Assembly (NCBI GenBank): GCA_964016885.1
Contig: OZ024741.1
Coordinates: 58,962,001 to 59,026,000, forward strand
Reading direction: 5' to 3'
DNA from: Eledone cirrhosa
Taxonomy: Eukaryota
DNA length: 64,000 nt
The number at the start of each line of letters is the position of its first letter. Position 1 is the first letter of the stretch. The translations under genes and the position numbers were made by a program. Positions 26,395-38,814 of this stretch are shown here, one piece after another. A model generated the notes under the pieces. That model worked only from the letters and a program-made list of their open reading frames with translations. It did no database searches and was not told where the DNA came from.

Positions 26395-27272
26395 CCTGTT
26401 GCGGGGTACGAAACTCAGAATTTGTCGACCCCTATTCTTGGCTATATCACTGGCTCGCTCTTCTGTGAAATGTAATCTATGAATCCTATTTTTCTCGTAT
26501 CTCCATGTTCCCCGGTCCATTCATCTATCTGTATCATCGTCCAGAATCCAATCTTTTCTTTTTTAATGATATTCGATAATTCTGTCTGATCGTTCAAAAT
26601 AATCTTCTTGTATTTTAAAACCCCATAACTCTTCTCTTATTACAGTTATATGCTCGTTCGATTATGGCCAAAATTCGTGGATTTTATTTTATAACCTTCT
26701 CTCGATTTTTATTCTATTTTATTCTATTTTTATTTTTATAAAATAACCTCCTCGCTCGTTTAATTATGGTCGAAATTTTAGGATTTTATAAAATAACCTT
26801 CCTGCTCCCTACTATTCTCCCCCCCCCCCTATACATCGTATACGCGCCTGCTGGCTCTCCCTCAATCCCATCCCTCTCTCTTCAAACATAAAATAAACTT
26901 GTTGCGGGGTACGAAACTCAGAATTTATCGACCCCTATTCTTGGCTACATCGCTCGCTCGCTCTTCTGTGAAATGTAATGTACGAATCCTATTTTTCTCG
27001 TATCTCCATGTTCCCCGGTCCATTCATCTATCTGTATCATCGTCCAGAATCCAATCTTTTCTTTTTCAATGCTATTCGATAATTCTGTCTGATCGTTCAA
27101 AATAATCTTCTTTATATTTTAAAATCCCATAATTCTTCTCTTATTACAGTTATATGCTCGTTCGATTATGGCCAAAATTCATGGATTCTATTTTATAACC
27201 TTCTCTCGATTTTTATTTTTATAAAATAACCTCCTCGCTCGCTTAATTATTGATGATGATGATGATGGTGAT
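26393..27272 (+). repeat. 1.7 tandem copies of an about 503-bp unit resembling the RTE 5' UTR, ending in (TGA)n
   Basis: gcggggtacgaaactcagaa at 26401 and 26904; the internal gctcgttcgattatggccaaaatt...tataaccttc resembles 2881-2936. Confidence 0.8.
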
Positions 27273-28132
27273 CTGTGTATGTGTATGTGTGTCCTTGTGC
27301 ATGTTTGTTTGCATCTGTGTGTGTGTATATAATTGTGTGTTGAGTTTATGATAATTCGATGAATTTCATGTCTTGAAACCTGAAATTTGAAACCATGGTA
27401 ACCAGGAATAGTGAAACCTTAACTTGTTGGAAGTTTTTAAATTATCTTTCACTGAATTTTTATTGCAAATCTACTTTTGAAGTTTACCTGTTTAACCTCT
27501 CTGCTTCACCTATATGAATAACTCAAACAACGTATTTTTAATGAAATGACACTGGCTAAATGTATAGGGAGTGGGGATGGGGGGATGTGTTGTTTTAGCT
27601 GTTATATTCAGGTTGCACGTGTCTGTGGAATACTCAGCAATTTACACATTAATTTCATGACAGGCTGTACCATTGATTAAACAACTGGAACCCTCATCAT
27701 TGAAACCTGTGGAGATCCATTGTTGTTGGCAGAACTGTTACAGTGTTGGAAAAATTCACTTGTGTTATTTAAACCTTTATTTTTTAACAATCTGAGTTCA
27801 AATCCTTCCAAGGTTCAACTTTGTTTCATATACTTCCAGAGAGTGGGGTGCTGGCATGAAAACTACCAGTCAAGTATTGAGAGCCAATGTATTTGAATAA
27901 GCCTTCCCTTTCAAATTTCCTAACTGTGTACCTATGTTTAAGATATGTATGGTGAACTGGCAGAATCAGTAGAGTGTTCAAATGGTTTGTATTCAAACAA
28001 AAGGTCAGAATAAATACTGCAAACCATTTTAACTTCTGCTCCATCTCCTTTGCCAGCATGTTATCTTACCAGTCAAGCACTGAAGTAGATTTAATATCCT
28101 GTCCCTCTTTTTCCACTACTCTACCAGTTAAA

Positions 28133-30687
28133 TACTGGGGTAGATTTTATCATTTAGTCCTCTCACCACACCATCCTACTGGGGTAGATTTAATCATCTA
28201 GTCCTCTCACCACACCATCCTACTGGGGTAGATTTTATCATTTAGTCCTCTCACCACACCATCCTACTGGGGTAGATTTAATCATCTAGTCCTCTCACCA
28301 CACCATCCTACTGGGGTAGATTTTATCATCTAGTCCTCTCACCACACCATCCTACTGGGGTAGATTTAATCATCTAGTCCTCTCACTACACCATCCTACT
28401 GGGGTAGATTTTATCATTTAGTCCTCTCACCACACCATCCTACTGGGGTAGATTTTATCATCTAGTCCTCTCACCACACCATCCTACTGGGGTAGATTTT
28501 ATCATCTAGTCCTCTCACCACACCATCCTACTGGGGTAGATTTAATCATCTAGTCCTCTCACCACACCATCCTACTGGGGTAGATTTTATCATTTAGTCC
28601 TCTCACCACACCATCCTACTGGGGTAGATTTAATCATCTAGTCCTCTCACTACACCATCCTACTGGGGTAGATTTTATCATTTAGTCCTCTCACCACACC
28701 ATCCTACTGGGGTAGATTTTATCATCTAGTCCTCTCACCACACCATCCTACTGGGGTAGATTTTATCATCTAGTCCTCTCACCACACCATCCTACTGGGG
28801 TAGATTTAATCATCTAGTCCTCTCACCACACCATCCTACTGGGGTAGATTTTATCATCTAGTCCTCTCACCACACCATCCTACTGGGGTAGATTTTATCA
28901 TCTAGTCCTCTCACCACACCATCCTACTGGGGTAGATTTAATCATCTAGTCCTCTCACTACACCATCCTACTGGGGTAGATTTTATCATTTAGTCCTCTC
29001 ACCACACCATCCTACTGGGGTAGATTTTATCATCTAGTCCTCTCACCACACCATCCTACTGGGGTAGATTTTATCATTTAGTCCTCTCACCACACCATCC
29101 TACTGGGGTAGATTTTATCATCTAGTCCTCTCACCACACCATCCTACTGGGGTAGATTTTATCATCTAGTCCTCTCACCACACCATCCTACTGGGGTAGA
29201 TTTTATCATCTAGTCCTCTCACCACACCATCCTACTGGGGTAGATTTTATCATCTAGTCCTCTCACCACACCATCCTACTGGGGTAGATTTTATCATCTA
29301 GTCCTCTCACCACACCATCCTACTGGGGTAGATTTTATCATCTAGTCCTCTCACCACACCATCCTACTGGGGTAGATTTTATCATCTAGTCCTCTCACCA
29401 CACCATCCTACTGGGGTAGATTTTATCATCTAGTCCTCTCACCACACCATCCTACTGGGGTAGATTTTATCATCTAGTCCTCTCACCACACCATCCTACT
29501 GGGGTAGATTTTATCATTTAGTCCTCTCACCACACCATCCTACTGGGGTAGATTTTATCATCTAGTCCTCTCACCACACCATCCTACTGGGCTAGATTTT
29601 ATCATTTAGTCCTCTCACCACACCATCCTACTGGGGTAGATTTTATCATCTAGTCCTCTCACCACACCATCCTACTGGGGTAGATTTAATCATCTAGTCC
29701 TCTCACCACACCATCCTACTGGGGTAGATTTTATCATCTAGTCCTCTCACCACACCATCCTACTGGGGTAGATTTTATCATCTAGTCCTCTCACCACACC
29801 ATCCTACTGGGGTAGATTTTATCATCTAGTCCTCTCACCACACCATCCTACTGGGGTAGATTTTATCATCTAGTCCTCTCACCACACCATCCTACTGGGG
29901 TAGATTTTATCATCTAGTCCTCTCACCACACCATCCTACTGGGGTAGATTTTATCATCTAGTCCTCTCACCACACCATCCTACTGGGGTAGATTTTATCA
30001 TCTAGTCCTCTCACCACACCATCCTACTGGGGTAGATTTTATCATCTAGTCCTCTCACCACACCATCCTACTGGGGTAGATTTTATCATCTAGTCCTCTC
30101 ACCACACCATCCTACTGGGGTAGATTTTATCATTTAGTCCTCTCACCACACCATCCTACTGGGGTAGATTTTATCATCTAGTCCTCTCACCACACCATCC
30201 TACTGGGGTAGATTTTATCATCTAGTCCTCTCACCACACCATCCTACTGGGGTAGATTTTATCATCTAGTCCTCTCACCACACCATCCTACTGGGGTAGA
30301 TTTTATCATCTAGTCCTCTCACCACACCATCCTACTGGGGTAGATTTTATCATCTAGTCCTCTCACCACACCATCCTACTGGGGTAGATTTTATCATTTA
30401 GTCCTCTCACCACACCATCCTACTGGGGTAGATTTTATCATCTAGTCCTCTCACCACACCATCCTACTGGGGTAGATTTTATCATCTAGTCCTCTCACCA
30501 CACCATCCTACTGGGGTAGATTTTATCATCTAGTCCTCTCACCACACCATCCTACTGGGGTAGATTTTATCATCTAGTCCTCTCACCACACCATCCTACT
30601 GGGGTAGATTTTATCATCTAGTCCTCTCACCACACCATCCTACTGGGGTAGATTTTATCATCTAGTCCTCTCACCACACCATCCTAC
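28133..30687. repeat. 44-bp tandem satellite, about 58 copies
   Basis: Unit tactggggtagattttatcatctagtcctctcaccacaccatcc. Confidence 0.98.
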
Positions 30688-31143
30688 CAGCCAAGTACTG
30701 GGGTCGATTTTATCAACTGATCTTCCCTCCACTACAGAAAAATAACAACAATCAAAACAAATTATAGCCTTGTGCCAATGAAAAAAACAAATAATTCACA
30801 GTGTGATGCATCACTGAATACTGTGCCTTAGGATTTATGGGTGAGAATATTGCTGACAATAGCATGTATTAATGTATCTCCCAGCCTTATTTTAGTTGTA
30901 GCTAACTTTGAGGTGGTCAGCTTTATTAAAACAAAGTGGGTTTTGTATGTAAGTAGGAAGAATTATTACTGGGGAATAGTGTCAATCGTTTCCACCAGTG
31001 GTGTTTATATTAAGACATTTTTGATATCACAAAACTGCATCACAAAGACAAGCTGTGTTGGCTGCTCTTCACGATAAACCAAGCCATTAATTTATGTCTA
31101 CATCAATTCTCTCAGTTCTAAGAAATATGAAGTCAATGTTCTC

Positions 31144-31246
31144 TTGTTGGTGTTGTTGTTATTGGTGGTAGTGTTGTTGTTGGTGGTGTTGTTGTTGTTT
31201 TTGATGTTGGTGTTGTTGTTATTGGTGGTAGTGTTGTTGGTGGTGT

Positions 31247-31290
<44 letters not shown>

Positions 31291-31453
31291 GAAGTAGTGT
31301 TGTTGTTGGTGATGTTGGTGTTGTTGTTGTTGTTGATGTTGTTGGTGTTGTTGTTGTTGTTGGAAGTAGTGTTGGTGATGTTGGTGTTGTTGTTGATGTT
31401 GTTGTTGTTGGTGTTGTTGTTATTGGAGGTAGTGTTGTTGTTGGTGATGTTGG

Positions 31454-31497
<44 letters not shown>

Positions 31498-31540
31498 GTG
31501 TTGTTGTTATTGGAGGTAGTGTTGCTGTTGGTGATGTTGG

Positions 31541-31572
<32 letters not shown>

Positions 31573-32340
31573 ATGTTGGTGTTGTTGTTATTGGAAGTAG
31601 TATTGTTGTTGGTGATGTTGGTGTTGTTGTTGATGTTGTTGTTGATGATGTTGGTGTTGTTATTGGAGGTAGTGTTGTTGTTGGTGATGTTGATGTTGAT
31701 GTTGTTGCTGTTGTTGTTATTGGTGGTAGTGTTGTTGTTGGTGATGTTGGTGTTGTTGTTGATGTTTTTGATGTTGTTGTTGTTGTTGTTGTTATTGGGG
31801 GTAGTGTTGTTGTTGGTGATGTTGGTGTTGTTGTTGATGTTTTTGATGTTGTTGTTGTTGTTGGTGGTGGTGGTGTTGGTGATGCTATTGTAGTTGTTGT
31901 TGGTGTTGTTATTGGTGTTGGTGATGCTATTGTAGTTGTTGGTGATGGTGTTGGTGTTGTTGTTGGTGGTGGTGGTGTTGGTGATGCTATTGTAGTTGTT
32001 GTTGTTGGTGTTGGTGTTGTTGGTGGTGCTGCTGTTATTGTTGTTGGGAGTGTTGCTGATGCTGTTGTTGTTGTTGGTGGTCCTTCTGTTGTTGGTGGCG
32101 CTTTTGGTGTTGGTGGCGCTTTTGGTGTTGATGTTGATGATAATGCAGGTGTTGTTGTTGATGTTGATGATAATGCAGGTGTTGTTGTTATTGGTGGCAG
32201 TGTGTAGTGGTGATGTTCATGGTGGTTTTGGTGTTGTTGTTCTTGTTGGTGTTTTGGATTTGTTGTTGGTGGTTGTGCTGGTGGCATTGTTGGGGTGAAG
32301 TTGTTGCTGCTTCTGTTGCTGCTGTTGTTGTTTTTGTTGG
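31144..32340. repeat. Complex (GTT/GGT/GAT)n trinucleotide repeat with higher-order units
   Basis: Recurring gttattggaggtagtgttgttgttggtgatgttggt; abuts an RTE fragment at 32340-32550 (WKCYFERLMNVE, minus strand). Confidence 0.9.
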
Positions 32341-32846
32341 TAGTCTCCCTTCCTCCCAGTTATCTCTACATTCATCAGTCTCTCAAAGTAACATTTCCAG
32401 GTTTTTTTTCTTTTGAGCACCAGTGTCATTTCTAACACATCTTTCCCCAACAACAATCTGATCCACACTGACACACTGCATTGCAATGTGGAACACTTCA
32501 CGTCTCTGCAAGACAATGGCAAACTTTCTTTCTTCAGCTTCTTTCCGTGCTAAGTATGTAATTATGTATTGTGATCTTAAAATGCATACTATAATTAATC
32601 ATAAGTAAAATGTTATAATATTCAATATTATAACATTCTTGAATTGTAGCTCCATAATTGTGATTAATTATAATCTCAATTCAAGAGCACATTATGACAA
32701 AATTAGGTTAATTTTACTGTAGGAGGCAACATAATTGTAGGAAATTGGCTTTGCTCTAAAAATGGAAAAATTTTGATTATTTAAATTATACTTAATGACT
32801 TTGAGGAAGTTAAGATAACAGGAATCATTATTAGAAGTTTTTGTAG

Positions 32847-33036
32847 GGCGGTGGATTGGCAGTATTGGTAGAGGGTCGGACGCCATGCTTTCCAGCATAG
32901 TTACGTCCCTTTATGATCTGAGTTCAAATTCCGCCGAGGTTGACTTTGCCTTTCATCCTTACGGGGTCGATAAAATAAAGTACCAGTAATGCACTGGGTA
33001 ATTGCTGGCCTTGTGCCTAAAGTAGAAACAATTATT
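32847..33036 (+). mobile_element. tRNA-derived SINE
   Basis: A-box-like tggcagtattggtaga, B box gagttcaaattcc, conserved body gactttgcctttcatccttacggggtcgataaa; other copies at 20385-20480, 36300-36725 (-), 42300-42495 and 45338-45648. Confidence 0.85.
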
Positions 33037-33659
33037 AGAAGTTTTTGTAATATATTTAAATAAACATGTAATCAGAATCTTTATATTTAAATGAATTCCT
33101 TTTGAAAAGATCAACTAGATACATATCCTCTCAAGTGGGTAGAAGGTTCATCACCAGTTCTTACAGCAAGCCCATTACCAGTTCTTACAGCATTGGATAA
33201 AGACAGCAATATATTTTTCAACTGGACCCTCAACCTAAAGTCTGAACATGTCCTTTGTTACCTCCCATGAAAGATAATGTGGCATGAATACTTTTATGGC
33301 ATCTAATCATATTGCTGTGTTTTGGGGGTCTTATTGTTCCAGTCACCAGTTTGGTACTTTTCTCAGACCTTCAAAGACAAAGCTTTTTTAGGGGCAGCCT
33401 TTACTCATCTCATTGTAGCTACATCACTGGGTTGTGATAGTTTTCTTGGGAGCTAACAATATCACCCATTGCTCCATCTTCCCCCTAGAAGTTTACTGCT
33501 GTTGGTTTGGGGTTGTTTATTCATCTGGCAGGAACTTGCTTATATTTCAATTAACCATTGTATTGCTATCTGCCACATGTGGCCTGTTTCTAGTAGATCA
33601 ATGAATAAAGAATTCTGACAGACCAATCCACCGACTTCATAATAAGAAGTTTCCCCCAT

Positions 33660-35000
33660 GTCTGCTGTTAGGAATGCATCTGGGGTTCTCACTTTAGAGA
33701 GGAATGTCCTTACAAGGTGGAGAGAATACTTTGCTGATCTCCTAAACCTGGTCTCAACGACACTTTTTGATGAATATGAGGTGCAACTCGGAGCAATGAC
33801 TAACCTCTTGCAGGCTGAGATCACCAGAGCTTAAATGTGACTAGGACTCTGCAGAAGATGACATTTGGCCAGAAATGTTAAAAGCCTTAAATAAAGAAGC
33901 TATTCTCTGGCTGATGTGTATGTGCTGGGTGGCCAGGCTCTCTAGAAAAGTACCTAAGCAAAGGCAATCGATCAGTATAATTTCAATTTTCAAAAAGGGG
34001 GACAAAAGAGATTGCATTAATTATAGAGGGATCCCTTTGTTAAGCCTCCCCAATAAAGTCTATGTTAAATGTCTGGCAAAGAGATGTAAGGATAATTTCA
34101 AGTCCAAGCTTGCTGACAAATAGTATTTTGCTTTGGATGCAGCACAGTTGACCAAATATTCACTCTGCAGCAGGTCATTGGGAGTATTGCCAAAAGGTAT
34201 ATGCTTGTTTTGTAGACCTTGACATGCCATACAACTGTGATTCACAGGAACTGTTGTGGAAGGTTCTGCAGAGTATGGGATCAATGGACAGCTTCTTGTG
34301 GCCCTGAAGTCTCTTTACAAATACCCTAGTATTTGTGTTCAAATAAGTGGTGCTAAGCCCAAACCATTCAATGTGGGTTTGGGACTTCGTTAAGGGAGCG
34401 TACTGTCACCTCTCCTGTTCATAATCTTAATGGACAGGATTGATATGTGCTGCTAGATTGGAAGTGGTATCAGGACTGGAGGGTGTAGGATCAGTTGGTT
34501 GGAATTTGCAGACATATGGTACTACGTAACTCATCAGAAGGTGATCTCTGATATGCACTTGATAGGTTTACTGCCAAGCGCTGCATGGCAGGAATGAAAA
34601 TCAGTGCTGTGAAAACTGAGACACTCGTCCTCTCAAGGAAGCCTGTATAACAGTGCACTCTACATTTGAGCAGAGTTCCACTGTAGTAGCTGGAGCAGTT
34701 CAAGTATCTTCGATCATCTTCATGAGCAATGAAAGGTAGGAGGCTGAATTAAGTGTAAGAATTGCAGGAGCTGGTTCAGTAATGTACCAGCTTCAGCATT
34801 CAGTCATCAGAAGAAGGGGGGTTAGTGAAATGCCAAACTCGCTATATTGAGTTCTGTATTTATACCAATCCTTACCTATGCTCATGAATCTTGGGTAACG
34901 GCTGAAAGAATATGATTGGAAATCAAGCAGCTGAAATGAGGATCCTTCAAACGTTCTTTGCAGTAATGTTACTTGATAGAATGCATGTACTGCATACTCA
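33660..35000 (+). mobile_element. Decayed Expander/Rex3-like RTE RT fragment (no PHD insert)
   Basis: RWREYFADLLN, PEMLKAL, IFKKGDKRDCINYRGI.LLSLP.KVY, G.VLSPLLFII.MD; many stops. Confidence 0.85.
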
Positions 35001-35355
35001 CAAACACACATTGTTTCAATATCAGTCGTGTGGTTCATTTATCATCACAAATGTATTTATTTAAATGCATAGAATTCACAGTGTGAGATTATAGAAAATG
35101 ATTGTCAGAATTATTTTTCAGTTGAAGAAATGTTTCCAAACAGATTGATTTTGGTGTTTCCATTGTATAACTCTGTTGAATAGTGTAATGAGAATGTATC
35201 ACTTTTGCTCTTTCTCATTTGTCCCATCCCATCCCTGGCCTGTGGCCATGCTGGGGCGCTATTGTTATGATATAACTTGTGGACATGTTTTTGCCTCCAA
35301 CAGATGACTGTCAAATATTGTGTGTATGTGTGTGTATACACACACTCACACACAC

Positions 35356-35387
<32 letters not shown>

Positions 35388-36078
35388 ACACTTTAAAATA
35401 AACAGTTTTGTATTACCAGGGCAGTTTCAAGTGGTTTCATCAAAAGTGTTAATAAATACATTTTTTTCTTTTTCTTTCCTAAATATTATCAAATACACTC
35501 TTACAAACACTTTTACTGAATACCAGAGGATATATATACTGGTATTTTATCAAATAAAACATTTATGTGTGTTAAATTGGTTGTTTAAGTTATTCAGAGC
35601 CTTTTTGTTCTAATTACTATGTTTAGAAGTTTGTTTCACAATCCTTAAGTCCTCAGTTCAATTCAGTGGTTACCTTGGTCAAGTTTAATTTTCTATAGTC
35701 ACGGGTCAACCCATGCCTTGGGAGTGAAATTAATTAGACGGAAATTGTTTATAAGCCTGTTGGATGAATTGTACCAATAATTCAATGGATCAACAATGTC
35801 ATGCACAATGCCTTATTGAATCTCCTGGAGAATTACATTAAAAGTATGAGTCTGTGGAATACTCAACCACTTACACATTAATTTCATGTTCTGTTAATTG
35901 AACAACTGGGGCATTTCCATATCACAGTCGATGGTTCTGTTAATGTTTTCTGTCTTTTATATTATAAATATCTTGTCCATATATATATATTCTAATTAAC
36001 TACTATATATACAGATACAGATACACATACTTTATATATATACACACATGCATATGTGTTTTTTTGTGTGTGTATATT

Positions 36079-36118
<40 letters not shown>

Positions 36119-36299
36119 ATAGTGTTTTTAACAATCATAACAAAGGCAAGTTATTTTAGACCGCATTGAATATATACATATGAGCAAGACATGGTCACAT
36201 GACCTGGCATTGCTCACAACAGGATAACTTGTCTAACCTATGCCAGCGTGGAAACATGGATGTTAACGGGTGATGATGATAATTCATTTTGTTCATTTT

Positions 36300-36725
36300 T
36301 ATTAAAGCTAAATAATTGTTTCTACTTTAGACACAAGGGGAAAGTCGATTAAATCGACCCCAGTACGTTACTGGTGCTTTATTTTATTTTCCACATAAGG
36401 ATGAAAGGCAAAGTTAACCGCAGTGGGATTTGAACTCAGAATGTAAAGGGCCATAACTCTATGCTGCAAAGCATGGTGTCCAACACTCTACTGATACTAC
36501 CAATCCACTGCTCTTATTAAGGATAAATAATTGTTTTTACTTTTGGCACAAGGCCAGCAATTATCCCACTGTATTACTGATACTTTTATTTTATCGACTC
36601 CCGTAAGGATGAAAGGCAAAGTTAACCTCGGTGGGATTTGAACTCAGATTGTAGAGGGCCGTAACTCCATGCTGCAAATCATGGCGTCCGACCCTCTAAC
36701 GATACTGACAATCCACCGCCCCAAG
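36300..36725 (-). mobile_element. Two tandem tRNA-SINE copies
   Basis: Reverse complement of the 32847 family, present twice. Confidence 0.85.
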
Positions 36726-36901
36726 ACTAAATAATGAGCCTTGTTACTTTGGAGTTTTACTTGCTTATCAGGTGATAAGCAGGCAAAACTCCAGAATAAC
36801 AAGACTCACTATTTAACCATAATAAATAATAAACCAAAATCCTACTTCAGTATTGAGTACTCTTTTCTCCCAGCTGTCAACTACATACATATATATATAT
36901 A

Positions 36902-37268
36902 TATAAAATTAGTCCCTCGTCAGTGATTTGCCAACCATCATTGGTATTTCATCGCATTAAAAATCATATACCTCAGGTTGGTGCGAGCAATAACTAAAAA
37001 AAGCTATTGGGACAAGTGAGTCGCGTAAAGCAGGTGAGACAAGTTAACAACATAGAAGGATAAAGGCAAACCGAAGATAGGAAAAAAAACAAGCAACATG
37101 GTTATCCGGTCAGCATAAGCTGGGTGAATGTCTCACTCGCTTTACGCGACTCATTTGTCCCAATAGCTTTTTTTAGTTATTGCTCGCACCAAACTGAGGT
37201 ATATGATTTTTAATGCGATGAAATACCAATGATGGTTGGCAAATCACTGACAAGGGACTAATTTTATA
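36902..37268. repeat. Fold-back element with about 140-bp inverted arms (36902-37041 / 37129-37268)
   Basis: Arms are near-identical reverse complements; flanked by (TA)n. Confidence 0.92.
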
Positions 37269-37661
37269 ATATGTAACCCATGTCAACCATGCAGTATTTC
37301 TCTTTCTTCTCATGTTTTTATATATATATATATATACACATATCAAACAAAACATAGAAAAGATTCTTCAGCTGTGTCAAAGACATGACAGACTCCCTAG
37401 TGATGGTGGCACAATAAAATGTCCCCCTCCCCCTGTATACATTATAGCATGTAAGATCATATGTAAGCAAAAGGCAACCACCAGTCAGTTGTAAAGGTTA
37501 GTAGCTCTGATTAAATACTGACTTGATCTGTGATGACCTGTCTAACCCTCCTGGCAGGAAACATGAACATTAAATGATGGCAACATGAAAAGACTTGTAT
37601 TTCGTTTCTGCCACTGCCCAATCCCCTCAATCTTTCTATTTCTTCTTTAATTTCTTATTCT

Positions 37662-37698
37662 ATTTTCTGATGAAGGACTAGCATCTGAAACGTTAAGA
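37662..37698 (+). ncRNA. Minimal hammerhead (CTGATGAAGG family)
   Basis: tttt-CTGATGA-aggactagcatct-GAAAC-GTT-aaga; a decayed homologue lies at 8384-8419 (-). Confidence 0.55.
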
Positions 37699-37963
37699 CT
37701 CTTTTCCTAATATATCAAGCTTAAAATTAGTAATATATTTCTTCATTGTACTGTGTCACACCACACACACATATATATATATAAACATATAAAGCAAACT
37801 AATGTAATACATGGTTATGTGGAATAATATTGAATAAAAAAAATAAACACACACCAACACTGTGCAACAGACTTGAGATTTTGAAGAACAAATAATGGAA
37901 CATTAACAATGTAAATATATAGTTTATATAAACATACCTGTGTATATAGTACATGTGTGTATA

Positions 37964-38797
37964 TCATCATCATTATCACTGTTTTACATTCGTTCTTCCA
38001 CGCTAGCATGGGTTAGACGGGTTGTCCTGTGGGCAGTGTCCGGTCGGCTGACCTTGTCTTGCTCATATGGGAACTGATTCTGGCTTGATTTCTACAGCTG
38101 GATACCCTTCCTAACACCAATCTCATTTACAGTGAGTGCTGGGTGCTTTTTTTCCGTGGTGCCTATATGTCCACTTTACAGTGTGGGCTGGGTGCTTTTT
38201 TGCTGTGGCACCTCCACGACTACTTTGCAGTGGGAGGGTGCGGGGGCATATTGTCTATATGCTTCAGCTTCGGCCTGTACCCATGGAGGGTCGGGTCTAC
38301 TGTATTACTGGGTGATGCCAGAGGTCACGGTTGTGTGTCATCGCCTTTGAGAGGTGTAATTGGGTAAGGTCGGCTTTTATCGCCTCATCCCAGGTCTTCT
38401 TGGGTCTCCCCACTCCGCGGTTTCCATCGACTTCTACTGCTCTGCACCTTTTTATGCAGCTGTCATCCTTCATATGCATCACATGTCCATACCAATGCAT
38501 CCTCCTCCTCTCCTGCACACAGCATTTGATTCCTCTTATGCTCAGTCTCTCTCTCAATTCATTTATGCTTTGCCGTTCGCGTATATTACTATTACACATC
38601 CATCGGAGCATGCAGGCTTCATTTCTTTCTAATCTACACAAGTCTTCCACCGACAGCGCCCAGGTCTCACTACTATGTAACATTGCTGTTCGTATGCACG
38701 CATCATACAGTCTGCCTTTCATTTTGAAGGAAAAGCCTTTTGCATCTAGCAGTGGCAGTAGCTCCCTGAACTTCTTCCATCCCGTTCTTACCCTAGT
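37964..38797 (-). mobile_element. 5'-truncated RTE subfamily B
   Basis: ORF RVRTGWKKFRELLPLL...GRPKKTW; distinct 3' UTR and (CAT)n tail. Confidence 0.92.
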
Positions 38798-38814
38798 TAT
38801 ATATATATATAATA

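Noticed and set aside
28133-30687. CRISPR-like regularity
   Set aside because: Head-to-tail satellite with no unique spacers, no cas genes and a eukaryotic context.
32847-32940. tRNA gene
   Set aside because: A and B boxes are present but there is no cloverleaf; it is a SINE head.
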